Shown: positions 9,740 to 22,126, counted from the stretch's first letter. The stretch: 64,000 bases of DNA from an uncultured bacterium (GCA_963710755.1 CAVQBK010000002.1:128001-192000); one strand, 5' to 3'. Notes: generated from the letters alone by a model not told the origin. Program-made: numbers and translations.

Positions 9740-10345
9740 CTAGAACATTAACTTAACCAGCCGACAACTGAGTAACGGTTCCCCGTACGTGGTTGATTCT
9801 TCACTGGGACTATCTTTTAACAGCTTAACCTCAGGATAAATACCCACTTGACCGGATAGCAGGACATCGCCTTGGGCCGTGCGGGAATTAATATCCAGAA
9901 TCGCAAAACCTAAACCAAAGGCACCGCCGATTAATCCACCTACACCGGCACCAATGGTAAAATTCTCCCATTGACCATTATCCGTAAACGGAATGATGGC
10001 CACCACCAGCCCCAACATAGCGCCCAGGCCTGTTCCTCCCATAATGTATTCGGAGAAGGTAAAACCAGTACCTGTGCTACCGGTGCTTATTTCATAAAAG
10101 CCAATACCAGTACCCACCACAGCACCTGTTAAAAATCCGTAAACACTGCTGGTTAAAAAAACTTTTGGATCGGCGTGATGGTCCGCACCGTAAGCCCACA
10201 GGCCTGCTGTGAAACCCACCACGGTGCCAGCACCAGCACCACCGAGAATATTATTGGCAATAATGGGGCCTCTGTCTTCCGCCCATCCTGTGGTCATGGT
10301 CAAGATTGCTATAATCGCTAAAAAACCGATGACCTTTTTAGGCAC
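9740..10345 (-). CDS. hypothetical glycine-zipper membrane protein with signal peptide
   Basis: GTG start after AAGGAG; signal-like N-terminus; four GxxxG-rich hydrophobic helices arranged as two similar units. Confidence 0.7.
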   Translation of the reverse strand: MPKKVIGFLAIIAILTMTTGWAEDRGPIIANNILGGAGAGTVVGFTAGLWAYGADHHADPKVFLTSSVYGFLTGAVVGTGIGFYEISTGSTGTGFTFSEYIMGGTGLGAMLGLVVAIIPFTDNGQWENFTIGAGVGGLIGGAFGLGFAILDINSRTAQGDVLLSGQVGIYPEVKLLKDSPSEESTTYGEPLLSCRLVKLMF

Positions 10346-10476
10346 GCCCCAGTCTCCTTAATCTTGCTGTTCTATTTTTTGTAAATTATCATGACAGCTT
10401 TACGTTTGTCAAGCATTACCCCAAAAATTCCAAATGCTGAAATTCAAAGCATTTTACCATCATTGAATTAAAATCG

Positions 10477-12258
10477 TCATAATGCTTCCATAACTTTAAT
10501 ATGGAGCTCTTGCAATTGCTCCGGTTGGATCGCCGTCGGTGCACCGGACATCAAATCTTGAGCTTTTTGAGTCTTAGGAAAAGCAATGACATCGCGAATA
10601 GTCTGTTCGCCTAACAGCAGCATAACCAGCCGGTCCAGGCCAACAGCCAAACCGCCATGAGGCGGGGCGCCATACTCAAAGGCTTCCAGTAAAAAACCGA
10701 ATTTAAGCGCCGCTTCTTCCGGGGTGATGCCAATAATATTGAAAAGTTTGGCTTGCAGGTCACTGCGATGGATGCGGATACTGCCCGACGCAATTTCACA
10801 GCCATTGAGGACCAAATCAAAACTCAAGGACCGGGCTTTGCCCGGATCCGTGTCGAGCAGCTCCAGATCTTCAGGGTGAGGCGCAGTAAAGGGGTGGTGT
10901 TCCGGTGCCCAACGCCGATGCAGCTCATCATATTTAAACAAAGGAAAATCCACCACCCAGGCTAGATGCATGGTTTTCTCGGGAATAAGGTTGAGTTTTT
11001 GCCCCAACATCAACCGTATCCGGCCGAGTACCTCATTGGTTATCGCCGGACGGTCAGCAATAAAAATAAGCAAGTCTCCAGTTTGCCCTTGCAGGCGTTC
11101 CTGAATGCGTTGTAAAAGATCGTCTTTAAAATATTTGGTCAAATTCGATTCCAACCCTTGGTCGGTCACTTTGAACCAAGCCATCCCCTTAGCCCCAAAT
11201 TTCTGAGCTTGGGCAATCAAGTTATCAATCTCTGTTCTTGAAAAGGACGCGCCCTGGGGGACACAAAGCCCTTTGATCAGTCCACCCTGGTCAGCCACCT
11301 CTTTAAATACTTTAAAATCAGCCTGGCCGGCCAAATCGGTAATATTTTTTAATTCCAAACCGAAACGTTGGTCTGGTTTATCGGAACCAAAACGTTCCAT
11401 GGCTTCAGCATACGTTATTCTGGGCAGAGGTTGCTTCGCACCCGTCAATCCCAAGGTATTAAAAATTTCCGCCATCATGCCTTCCGTGGTGGTTAAGAGT
11501 TCTTCCAGGCCCACAAAAGACATTTCCATATCAATTTGAGTGAATTCAGGCTGACGGTCAGCCCGTAAATCTTCATCGCGAAAGCAGCGGGCAATCTGGT
11601 AGTAACGATCGCAACCAGCTACCATCAGGATCTGTTTCAACATCTGCGGGGACTGAGGCAAAGCGAAGCAATGACCCGGGTAAATGCGCGAAGGCACGAT
11701 ATAATCGCGCGCTCCTTCGGGCGTGCTTTTAAGCAGGTACGGTGTTTCCACCTCCAAGAATTGTTCCTGGTCCAAATAGGAACGGACCGCTTTTAGCACA
11801 TTGTGCCGAAAGCGCAAATTATGCTGCATGTGCAACCGCCGAAGATCGAGATAACGATGGCGTAGCCTGATTTCCTCGGCCACCTCGATTTCATCATTCA
11901 GTAGAAACGGCGGCGTTTTAGATTTATTTAAAAGTTGCAGATCGGTTACTTGCACTTCAATAGCGCCGGTGGCTAAATTGGAATTAACGGCCTCCGGCTG
12001 ACGGGCAATCACCTGGCCTTGGATAACAATGACATATTCGCTGCGCAACCCCTCGGCCTGGTGATGGGTCTGGGGGGATAAGGAAGGATCGAACACCAGT
12101 TGGGTAATGCCATAGCGATCACGCAGGTCGACAAAAATCAACCCGCCGTGGTCACGGTTGGTATCTACCCAGCCAGCTAAAACCACCTCTTGGCCCACGT
12201 CGGCAGCCCTAAGCTGATTATTATGGTGGGTTCTTTTAAACTTCATTAAAAAGTCCAT
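10477..12258 (-). CDS. aspS: aspartyl-tRNA synthetase (possibly non-discriminating)
   Basis: [56 protein letters not shown]. His in RDHG is typical of non-discriminating AspRS. Start ATG 12258 after AAGGAG. Confidence 0.97.
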   Translation of the reverse strand: MDFLMKFKRTHHNNQLRAADVGQEVVLAGWVDTNRDHGGLIFVDLRDRYGITQLVFDPSLSPQTHHQAEGLRSEYVIVIQGQVIARQPEAVNSNLATGAIEVQVTDLQLLNKSKTPPFLLNDEIEVAEEIRLRHRYLDLRRLHMQHNLRFRHNVLKAVRSYLDQEQFLEVETPYLLKSTPEGARDYIVPSRIYPGHCFALPQSPQMLKQILMVAGCDRYYQIARCFRDEDLRADRQPEFTQIDMEMSFVGLEELLTTTEGMMAEIFNTLGLTGAKQPLPRITYAEAMERFGSDKPDQRFGLELKNITDLAGQADFKVFKEVADQGGLIKGLCVPQGASFSRTEIDNLIAQAQKFGAKGMAWFKVTDQGLESNLTKYFKDDLLQRIQERLQGQTGDLLIFIADRPAITNEVLGRIRLMLGQKLNLIPEKTMHLAWVVDFPLFKYDELHRRWAPEHHPFTAPHPEDLELLDTDPGKARSLSFDLVLNGCEIASGSIRIHRSDLQAKLFNIIGITPEEAALKFGFLLEAFEYGAPPHGGLAVGLDRLVMLLLGEQTIRDVIAFPKTQKAQDLMSGAPTAIQPEQLQELHIKVMEAL

Positions 12259-12414
12259 ATGCAACGCTCCTTGCCGTAACGGCCTAGCATAACAGCCCTA
12301 GACTATAGACAAAAAAAGCTTATATTACAAGTGTTATCTTCACTTTTTTAACTTTTTGATCGCTTGGAAGAAGGCATTCGCTTCTAAGGGAACAGTTCGA
12401 CGACGCCGGGAGGC

Positions 12415-12876
12415 TTACTGACTTTTCATGCTTTTTTCCACGGTTTGTTTAAGATCGTTGTTCAGGTTGGTATAATAACTTATTAATTCAGACATGTTCT
12501 TTTTGGAAGGATAAAACTGGTCGGTCATGCGCAGAGTTTCAAATTGAGTTTTAAGGCTATTCTCACCTATGGTAAAGTGCATCTTAAAATGGCAATAGTC
12601 CTCTGTTTGAGGCCCACTAACCGGGGCTAAAGCCTGCAGAACCAGCATCCCCTGATCGCGGTCTTGCTTCTCCATGGTCATGGTTTCACTATAAAAACGT
12701 TGCTCCACCCACCCCAAGGTTGCCCGCCAAAGATCTTCTTTAGATCCGTTTACCGCAACCTCGTTCATCATCAGACCCTCTCCGGCAGGAAGGTGGTACC
12801 GTTTGGTTTCTTCTCGATAGCCTGCACACCCCCAAATCATTAACAGCAGCATCCATACCAGTAGTTGTCGTACCAT
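12415..12876 (-). CDS. hypothetical lipoprotein (DUF4468-like)
   Basis: Start ATG 12876 after GGAGGA; lipobox IWGC. The SKEDLW....W...F......D.DQG.LV pattern resembles DUF4468 (inference). Confidence 0.6.
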   Translation of the reverse strand: MVRQLLVWMLLLMIWGCAGYREETKRYHLPAGEGLMMNEVAVNGSKEDLWRATLGWVEQRFYSETMTMEKQDRDQGMLVLQALAPVSGPQTEDYCHFKMHFTIGENSLKTQFETLRMTDQFYPSKKNMSELISYYTNLNNDLKQTVEKSMKSQ

Positions 12877-13075
12877 GATGGTTATCCTCCTTTGTGCCAT
12901 GGCTCTAGTGTCGTCGCGCCAGAGCCGGGGACTTAGTCGGATTTTTCCTTCCACGCCAAAGTGCTGTTCGCCATTATGGACAACCTTGGCAAGGGCTATG
13001 AGTGACAAACAAAATACCGTACAGCAAGTGGCAGCGACGGTCTCGCGCATGGAAAACAAGCGCTTTCACAAAATA

Positions 13076-13108
13076 AAAAAAAGGACGGGATGAAACCCGT
13101 CCTTTTTT
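13076..13108. terminator. bidirectional intrinsic terminator after Spy-like gene
   Basis: aaaaaaaggacggg-atgaaa-cccgtcctttttt. Confidence 0.85.
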
Positions 13109-13130
13109 ACCCAATGATTAATTTTGGTTG

Positions 13131-13631
13131 TTAATCCTGAGCTCGCCCTTTACCCCGGCCGTTACGATGGTAACCCATGCCCCAGCCGCCTTCATCACCA
13201 CCGCGCATCACCATAAAGCTATCCAACTTTTTCTTTTGTTCCGGTGTTAAAATGGATTTAAGAAATAAGATTGAATCCGCATGCTGCATAATGGTTTTCT
13301 TATGAAGTTCGCCCAAGCGGCCGGCAATTTCTTCGATCTTTTTTTGACTGGGAGTCGCTTCGTCCAGCGCTTCGGTCAAATCAATACGCGCCTCTTGGAT
13401 TTGCGCCCTCAGTTTGACCATCTGGCGATGGCTGGTCAATTTATTTTTCTTCAGGCTCTGCAGTTGCTCCGTTGTGAGATCCAAATTGGCCATGATTCTG
13501 GGCAGGCCGTCATGCAAGCCCATGCCTTTGTCTGAGCCCATGCCCTTGCCTCCTCTGGCCATGGCCGTTGAGGTTAATAAGCCCATGGTCAGGATGACTA
13601 CGCTAACCAGCATTAGGTTGTATTTTTTCAT
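13131..13631 (-). CDS. Spy/CpxP/ZraP-like periplasmic protein
   Basis: Signal peptide, Gly/Met-rich ends, two LTxEQ motifs (LDLTTEQ, ILTPEQ). Confidence 0.85.
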   Translation of the reverse strand: MKKYNLMLVSVVILTMGLLTSTAMARGGKGMGSDKGMGLHDGLPRIMANLDLTTEQLQSLKKNKLTSHRQMVKLRAQIQEARIDLTEALDEATPSQKKIEEIAGRLGELHKKTIMQHADSILFLKSILTPEQKKKLDSFMVMRGGDEGGWGMGYHRNGRGKGRAQD

Positions 13632-13671
13632 TTTCTTAATCTCCCTTGTAATGATGTGATGGTGCTGTCGA

Positions 13672-14142
13672 TTAATTAAAATAGGTTGTCAGCTCCTCGG
13701 GAATGCCAAACAACCCCGTGCTATTGTCTTGAATGGTACTGCTGTTAGTGGTCCCGTCATACCCCAGGGCCTCAAAATCTTCCCCGTAAGCTTGCAGAAT
13801 TTTTTGCTCCGTCCACGGGGTCCGTGGCCATATGCTGAGCACACCTATCACCAATAATGCGGTGACCGTTGCGGCCATTAGACCTTTTTTCCAAACGTTC
13901 CAATGATTCACGACCTTGCCTTCATAAGCAGCGAGTCTGGCCATTAGGCGCGGCTTCAACGCCTCCGGCGCTGAGATCGAGCGGTCCCCTTGCAGGGCCG
14001 CCATGCCAGCTTCCAAACCTGTCTGCCTGTGGCGGCAGTCCGCGCATTGGGCTACATGGGTTTCCAGTGCTTGTGCAGCCGACGGCGGAAGGTGGCCTAA
14101 CAGCCAGGCTGATAATGTTTCGTCCTTAATATGACATGTCAT
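13672..14142 (-). CDS. zinc-finger (zf-HC2) anti-sigma factor
   Basis: HVAQCADC (HxxxCxxC), one TM helix; ATGA overlap with the ECF sigma stop codon. Confidence 0.88.
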   Translation of the reverse strand: MTCHIKDETLSAWLLGHLPPSAAQALETHVAQCADCRHRQTGLEAGMAALQGDRSISAPEALKPRLMARLAAYEGKVVNHWNVWKKGLMAATVTALLVIGVLSIWPRTPWTEQKILQAYGEDFEALGYDGTTNSSTIQDNSTGLFGIPEELTTYFN

Positions 14143-14684
14143 GATTCCCCACCTCCTACGGCTTGATAAGCCTGCTTAAACCGGCTGAGGCCCCGGCTAA
14201 GACGTGATTTCACGGTACCCAAGGACAATCCCAAGGTTTCAGCAATTTCCTTCAAACTCAGTTCTGCTTCAAATCTTAACAGCAAACTTTCACGATATTT
14301 GGGAGCCAGGGTTTGCAACGCTTGGCGCACCAGTTGCTGACGTTCCTCCGCCAGCAACGTGATCTCTGCATGTGCGGCGGTTTCCCTCTCCGGCACTTCG
14401 TCACCCATGGGAATCTCCCGTTGTTTCCTAAACTGCATTCGCCCTACATTGAGGGCCACCTTCAAAAACCATGGTTTCAGCGGTTTTTGGGGATTGAAGC
14501 GTTTTCTTTTTTCAAAGGCATGAATAAACACATTTTGGCAGAAATCCGATGCCTCCGCACTGCTACGAAAAAGCTTTAACCCCATGCGGTACACCAAGGT
14601 TTGATATTGGTCAATGATCATTTCCAGCGCCTCGAGATCGCCGCTAAAAAATCGCTCTTCTATGGTTTGATCATTGCTGCCCAT
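14139..14684 (-). CDS. ECF RNA polymerase sigma factor
   Basis: Region 2 (DFCQNVF...WFLKVALN) and region 4 (LSLKEIAETLGLSLGTVKSRLSRG). Confidence 0.93.
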   Translation of the reverse strand: MGSNDQTIEERFFSGDLEALEMIIDQYQTLVYRMGLKLFRSSAEASDFCQNVFIHAFEKRKRFNPQKPLKPWFLKVALNVGRMQFRKQREIPMGDEVPERETAAHAEITLLAEERQQLVRQALQTLAPKYRESLLLRFEAELSLKEIAETLGLSLGTVKSRLSRGLSRFKQAYQAVGGGES

Positions 14685-14705
14685 CAGCCCTCCTTTCTAA
14701 AAATA

Positions 14706-14732
14706 TTATGCTTCAAGTCTTTAAAAGGTTCC
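14706..14732 (-). promoter_or_regulatory. putative ECF autoregulatory promoter
   Basis: Minus strand GGAACCTTTT...GCATAA just upstream of the GAAAGGAGG RBS; GGAAC-type -35 is typical of ECF promoters. Confidence 0.35.
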
Positions 14733-14829
14733 GCTGTTTTTACTCTCTTGGAAAATAGTTTGGAACCGGCCAATCGGGTGGGGCAAGGGGGATAGCCAAA
14801 AGTTGAATCGGGATTGGCGTCTAGTGGTT

Positions 14830-15465
14830 TTATTGGGACAGAGTGGCGTTGTAAGCGCCGATGAGGCGTTTGATTTCCTGGCCAATAAGATCATATCGCC
14901 CTTCGGCCAGCCAGGCGCTTTTAAAAATACTGCCTCCAAAAGCCACTGCCGCCGCCCCATTTTGCAAGTAGGCACCAATGGTGGTGGCAGTCACGCCCCC
15001 ACAAGCGAGTAATTTCATTTTCCCAAAGGGACCTTTGAGGTCCTTAAAATAAGACGGACCAAAACAATTGGCAGGAAAGACTTTAACCATACTGGCTCCG
15101 GAGAGCCAAGCGTAATAGACTTCCTGGGGGGTTAGAGCTCCGGGAAAAACGGGAACGTCATTGTCCACACAATAAGCCGTCACATCCGCGTCATTAATCG
15201 GTGAAACAATATAGGTGGCACCCGCCTCCAGAGCTTCTTTTAAGGCTGCGACGTTAAGCACGGTGCCAGCACCAATCATCAGGCGGTCTCCTGCCAGCCG
15301 CCTGGCATCGGCAATCAAGGCCGTGGCGCCGAAGGTGTTCATGGTGATTTCCATGGTTTCTAAGCCAGCTTGAACTACTGTTTCCACCAAAGGAGCAAGT
15401 TGTGCTGACTGCAGACCGCGTATAATGCCCATGATCGGTTTTTGATTAAAACGAACGATATCCAT
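14830..15465 (-). CDS. eda: KDPG/KHG aldolase
   Basis: GIIRG, EITMN, IGAGTV, IVSP, PGALTPQE, VKVFPA (Schiff-base Lys), GGV. Confidence 0.92.
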   Translation of the reverse strand: MDIVRFNQKPIMGIIRGLQSAQLAPLVETVVQAGLETMEITMNTFGATALIADARRLAGDRLMIGAGTVLNVAALKEALEAGATYIVSPINDADVTAYCVDNDVPVFPGALTPQEVYYAWLSGASMVKVFPANCFGPSYFKDLKGPFGKMKLLACGGVTATTIGAYLQNGAAAVAFGGSIFKSAWLAEGRYDLIGQEIKRLIGAYNATLSQ

Positions 15466-16419
15466 TTAATCGATAACCACCGGTTCCAACAAGCTGTCAT
15501 AAAAAGCTCGATACTCGTCTTTTTTCTTACCGGCACGCCAAGCCAGAGCAGCCTTGGGATGTTCATTGAGCATGCCTGCAATGGCATGGGGGATAATATA
15601 ACCCCATTCCATTTTTTCCCGCAAGGGGATCATTTCCTTGGCGATAAGGTCCAACACCGGCCGGATATCGTATTTAGGATTCTTTAAAAATCCCAGAAGC
15701 AGCTCCAGAGTGCAATTGCCGGCCGCTCGGCCAATGCCATAAACCGTACCGTCAACGAAATTGGCGCCATGAATAATGGACTCAATGGAATTGCTGAACG
15801 CCAGCTGTTGGTTGTTGTGCCCGTGAAATCCGATCTTTTTAGTCTTGATATGTTTTTTAAATAAATTAACCAAATACTCAGTATTTTCCTGGTATAACGC
15901 GCCGAAACTATCCACAATGTTGACCACTTCCACATGGGTTTCGTTTTCAATCTGATCCAGGGCTTCCTCTAATTCAGGTTCCATGCATTTGGAAATAGCC
16001 ATGATGTTGAGGGCGGTTTCATAACCTTTACTGTGAAATTGATTTTCCATGGCAATGGCTTTATCCACATCCTTGACGTAGCAGGCTGTTCGGATCATGT
16101 CCACCGGGCTGTCTTTTTTTTCTTTTATGTCATTCATGTCCACCCGGCCAACATCCACCATTACCGAAATCTTGGTGTTGGATTCAATCCCTTCGATCAC
16201 ACGCTGCAGGTCTTCGTCCCGGCAAAATTTCCATTTGCCATACTCTTGCTCCGAGAACAGCGCCGGCGAGTTTTTATACCCCATCTCGATATAATCCACA
16301 TTAGCTTGGCTGACCGCTTTATACACTTCCCTCACAAAGTGGTCTTCGAATTGATGGTTGTTGATCAAGCCACCATCGCGAATGGTGCAATCCAATACTT
16401 TAATTTCTTCACGGAACAT
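15466..16419 (-). CDS. DRE-TIM metallolyase (4-hydroxy-2-oxovalerate aldolase/HMGL-like)
   Basis: LDCTIRDGG, VDSFG, GFHGHNN, GIGRAAGN motifs. Confidence 0.88.
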   Translation of the reverse strand: MFREEIKVLDCTIRDGGLINNHQFEDHFVREVYKAVSQANVDYIEMGYKNSPALFSEQEYGKWKFCRDEDLQRVIEGIESNTKISVMVDVGRVDMNDIKEKKDSPVDMIRTACYVKDVDKAIAMENQFHSKGYETALNIMAISKCMEPELEEALDQIENETHVEVVNIVDSFGALYQENTEYLVNLFKKHIKTKKIGFHGHNNQQLAFSNSIESIIHGANFVDGTVYGIGRAAGNCTLELLLGFLKNPKYDIRPVLDLIAKEMIPLREKMEWGYIIPHAIAGMLNEHPKAALAWRAGKKKDEYRAFYDSLLEPVVID

Positions 16420-16494
16420 GCCATGACCTCCTGAGTAAGCAGCCGGTCCCTGGAACCACTGCCACCTTATGTTATTACGGTTTAAAGGGGATTT

Positions 16495-16523
16495 ATTATG
16501 ACCAAGAAAACCGCGCTTGGCAA
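16495..16523 (-). promoter_or_regulatory. sigma70-type promoter of the aldolase pair
   Basis: Minus strand TTGCCA-17 nt-CATAAT. Confidence 0.55.
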
Positions 16524-16568
16524 CCGCTTATTTGACGCCCCTCTGCATCCTGGCGCACCCTTCTAAAT

Positions 16569-18746
<2,178 letters not shown>

Positions 18747-19811
18747 TCAATATATCTCCTTACCGATAGGGCGGCTGGCATAAACCGTGTTGCCACTGAT
18801 GGAAGGAAAATGATTACCGGCCTCATTAGGATCAGGTGTTTTGGACCGACCCGATTTATTAAAGGGCACGGACGCTGGAGGCATATGCTGCAGGTTGGTT
18901 GGTGTTTTTTGGACATCGCCCTTATCCTGAGTAGTCACCTGTTCTATACTGGAACCGCGTTTTTCTTCGGCTACCGTATGGGACGATGTCTTGCCTTTGG
19001 CCAGAGTGCTTTTTTCCGGCACAATATCTTTTAAAATGCCTTTGGCTAAATTGCGGAAAGCCACTGCCCCCCGAATGGCGGATTTATTGGCCTTATCGAT
19101 AAGATGAATGGGCAACCCGATTTCCTTGGATTTACGCAGATGCACATTGGCCGGTATATAAGTGTCATACAAGCGATTGCCTACCAGGGCCCGCAAACGT
19201 TTGAGATTACTTAGGTCAAATTGCTCGGTTCGCAGGAAATTATTTACAAACACACGAATGATGACTTGGCGCCAATGGCGTGAGTTAATCCGCTCGGCTT
19301 CCTTGATAATCTGGTCTATCCCCGCCAGCCCTCCAATGGAGGCTTCCGTGGGTATGAGCACCATGTCCGACGCAATCAGAGCCGAGCGGGTGAGATAGCC
19401 GATATAAGGCCCATTGTCAATGATGACCAAGTCAAATTCATTTTTAATTTCTTCCAAAGCTTCCATGAGTTTGGCAATTTTATGAAAATCCTCAGCCACG
19501 TGCGCCAGACGATGATCGGCCAGGAATACGACCAAGTTGTCCTGATTAAAATCCAGATTATGTTTTTGCAGAACCGGCCGTAAAATGGCATGCTGACCGA
19601 TTTTTTTAATGCTCATCCCCATATACACATCGGTCATGTTATGTTGGTGATGCATTTGGCAGCCAAGATACACGCCAATGTTGCCCTGGGGATCATTGTC
19701 AACCAAGGCCACTTTAAGCCCCCAGTCGGCAAATTGAGCCGCCAGACTGATGGCCGTAGTGGTCTTCCCCACACCGCCTTTGTTATTGGCAATCGAGATT
19801 ATTTTAGCCAT
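18747..19811 (-). CDS. ParA/Soj-family ATPase with long C-terminal tail
   Basis: Deviant Walker A NNKGGVGKTT, DNDPQGN, IIDNGP; about 90 aa low-complexity tail; no adjacent parB. Confidence 0.88.
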   Translation of the reverse strand: MAKIISIANNKGGVGKTTTAISLAAQFADWGLKVALVDNDPQGNIGVYLGCQMHHQHNMTDVYMGMSIKKIGQHAILRPVLQKHNLDFNQDNLVVFLADHRLAHVAEDFHKIAKLMEALEEIKNEFDLVIIDNGPYIGYLTRSALIASDMVLIPTEASIGGLAGIDQIIKEAERINSRHWRQVIIRVFVNNFLRTEQFDLSNLKRLRALVGNRLYDTYIPANVHLRKSKEIGLPIHLIDKANKSAIRGAVAFRNLAKGILKDIVPEKSTLAKGKTSSHTVAEEKRGSSIEQVTTQDKGDVQKTPTNLQHMPPASVPFNKSGRSKTPDPNEAGNHFPSISGNTVYASRPIGKEIY

Positions 19812-20072
19812 GAGTCATTTACCCCTTGCTCATAGGATCGACCCGTACTGGTAATACTTAAGTCTCTTTAGTGCCGCTTATTTTATGAGCTGCTTCTGTG
19901 TGCTATTCTCCAGGCGCTTTTCGCCAAGGTCCGTTTTTTTGCTGAACACAGTCACGACCTTGACCTCAAAGGCCGTGACTGTCAACTGCCAGACATGGTA
20001 TAATTTCTGCTTATTGGACAACCCGGTTGGCCTGCCAACAATAATTCCTTCATTGATTAAGGAGAATTTAAA

Positions 20073-20948
20073 ATGAAGCTGCCTCAATGGATAACCCTGA
20101 TACTGGTGGGCATGTTTATCCTCACCGGCTGCAGTACGGTGCCCGTCAAAACACCGGTACCTAAAAAAATCGCTCTGGTCCTGGGCGGAGGCGGAGCACG
20201 GGGCTTTGCCCATGTCGGCGTCATCCGCGAATTGGAAGCTGCCGGTATACCCATAGATTTAATCGTGGGCGTCAGCGTAGGCAGTTTGATCGGCGCTCTG
20301 TATGCTGACAGCAAGGATGCTTTTCAATTGGAATGGTCTTCTTTTAAAATCCGTAAAGAGGAGATCTTCGACTTTAAATTGCTCAACCTCAGCAGCGGGT
20401 TGGCCAGAGGCGAGGCCTTAAAAGCCTACTTGGACCGCACCCTTCAAGCCAAACGGATCGAGGATCTCAAAATTCCTATGGCCATCGTGGCGGCCGACTT
20501 AAAATCGGGCAAGCCCGTAGTCTTTCAAAGCGGGTCCATTGCCGACGCGGTACGGGCCAGCACATCCGTGCCAGGAGTCTTCGAGCCGGTGATATACGGT
20601 GACCAGATTTTAGTGGATGGCGGCATTTTGGGCAACCTGGCGCCGGAAGTGGCCCGGCAACTGGGAGCTGATATTGTGATTGGTGTGAACATTGCCAAGA
20701 ACCGGTCCGACTTTAACGGCTCTGTACCTAATGCGCTTAGTGTCATTCTGGAGTCCATCGATATCATGGGAGATGAAATCACCAATTGCAAACGCCGCTA
20801 TTTTGATGTGCTGATTGAACCGCAGGTGGGACAAATCGGCATTACAGATTTCACGCATAAAAAAAAGTTGATCGACGCCGGCCGCCAGGCCACCCTGGCG
20901 GTCATGGATCAGATCAAAGCCTTGCTTCAGGACAACCCATCCCATTGA
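20073..20948 (+). CDS. patatin-like phospholipase, predicted lipoprotein
   Basis: Lipobox LTGC, GGGGARG, GVSVG nucleophile motif, DGG. Confidence 0.92.
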   Translation: MKLPQWITLILVGMFILTGCSTVPVKTPVPKKIALVLGGGGARGFAHVGVIRELEAAGIPIDLIVGVSVGSLIGALYADSKDAFQLEWSSFKIRKEEIFDFKLLNLSSGLARGEALKAYLDRTLQAKRIEDLKIPMAIVAADLKSGKPVVFQSGSIADAVRASTSVPGVFEPVIYGDQILVDGGILGNLAPEVARQLGADIVIGVNIAKNRSDFNGSVPNALSVILESIDIMGDEITNCKRRYFDVLIEPQVGQIGITDFTHKKKLIDAGRQATLAVMDQIKALLQDNPSH

Positions 20949-20981
20949 GCTTTGCTACGGATCACCCTTTGGTGTTCTGAC

Positions 20982-21287
20982 TTAGACGGCCGCAGCCACG
21001 GCAATGGCTTTTTTTGCCCAAAGTACCAGACGATGATCTTTAGCCAATACTTTGGGCGGCACCTCATAAAACAAATCCTGACTAACGGGCTTAAAATCAT
21101 AGGCTTTCATACCGAACAGCTCGTAATCTTTCAGCGTCTCATAGTTAACCTTGAAATAAAGACGCCCATCGATAATCAGACCGAAAAGAACGGCACCTTG
21201 ATATAAGCTGGTACCATAGAATCGGGCCTTGGCTTTGAGGTCTGGGATCTCCGCAAGCTGTTTCAAGATGCCATCTGCTGTAATCAT
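20982..21287 (-). CDS. TfoX/Sxy N-terminal domain protein
   Basis: ARFYG..LY.G.V.FGLI.D..LYFKV, FYEVPP.VL.....L..WA. Start ATG 21287 overlaps the mutM stop (ATGA). Confidence 0.8.
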   Translation of the reverse strand: MITADGILKQLAEIPDLKAKARFYGTSLYQGAVLFGLIIDGRLYFKVNYETLKDYELFGMKAYDFKPVSQDLFYEVPPKVLAKDHRLVLWAKKAIAVAAAV

Positions 21288-22126
21288 CGTCTGCGCCCTC
21301 TGGCCTGACAGGTGGGACACCAATGAGTGCCTCTTTGGGCTACAACGATTTTATCAATCGCCCGGCCGCAGACCGGACAGGGTTGGCCTTGGCGGCCATA
21401 TACCTTTAGCCTCATTTGGAAGCGTCCTTTCTCCTGATGAGGATCGATAAAATCGGAAATGCTGGTACCCTTGGCTTTGATTCCGGCCCTTAAAACCTGT
21501 TTAATGGCGCGGACCAGACGGTTAACGTCCTTAAGCTTCACTTGACCGGCCGGAGTCATGGGATTGAGCTTGGCCAAAAACAGCGCTTCATCGGTATAGA
21601 TGTTGCCCATGCCCGGTGTTAGTTTTTGATTGAGTAAAATCGCCTTAAGGGGTGCTTTTCGATAAGCCAGCACCCTGGCCAGATAATCAGAATTAAACCC
21701 TAAGCTCAAGGGTTCGGGACCGTAGTCTTGGAATTTATCCACCAATGCTTTGGTATCCGCCAAATAGTTAATGCGGCCAAATTGTCGGGGATCGCGAAAA
21801 TAAACGGTTTTATGATGACTTAGGATAAGGGTGAAGTGGGTATGGCGATCGGGCAAAATCTCATTTTCCCCGCCGTAGTGCATCAGAATCTGACCGGTCA
21901 TACCTAAATGCAACAGTAAGATGCCTTTGTTCAACCGCAGGATTAAATGCTTGGCGCGCCGCTCCACTTCCAGAATGTGTTGGCCCATAATGGCGTTTTT
22001 AATGGCCAACGGTGATTGACCTTTAAATAATCTTTTTTGGTGAAAATAGACTTGCAGAATCTTTTCTTGTTTAACTTGTTGTTCCAGGACACGACGAATC
22101 GTTTCCACTTCCGGGAGTTCAGGCAT
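21284..22126 (-). CDS. mutM: formamidopyrimidine-DNA glycosylase
   Basis: MPELPEVE, HLGMTG, DPRQFG, GNIYTDE, CPVC...CPTCQ. Confidence 0.97.
   Translation of the reverse strand: MPELPEVETIRRVLEQQVKQEKILQVYFHQKRLFKGQSPLAIKNAIMGQHILEVERRAKHLILRLNKGILLLHLGMTGQILMHYGGENEILPDRHTHFTLILSHHKTVYFRDPRQFGRINYLADTKALVDKFQDYGPEPLSLGFNSDYLARVLAYRKAPLKAILLNQKLTPGMGNIYTDEALFLAKLNPMTPAGQVKLKDVNRLVRAIKQVLRAGIKAKGTSISDFIDPHQEKGRFQMRLKVYGRQGQPCPVCGRAIDKIVVAQRGTHWCPTCQARGRRR

Noticed and set aside
18926-18938. 12/13 match to the MITE TIR inside the parA tail
   Set aside because: Single end, in coding sequence, with no partner TIR or TSD; likely chance.
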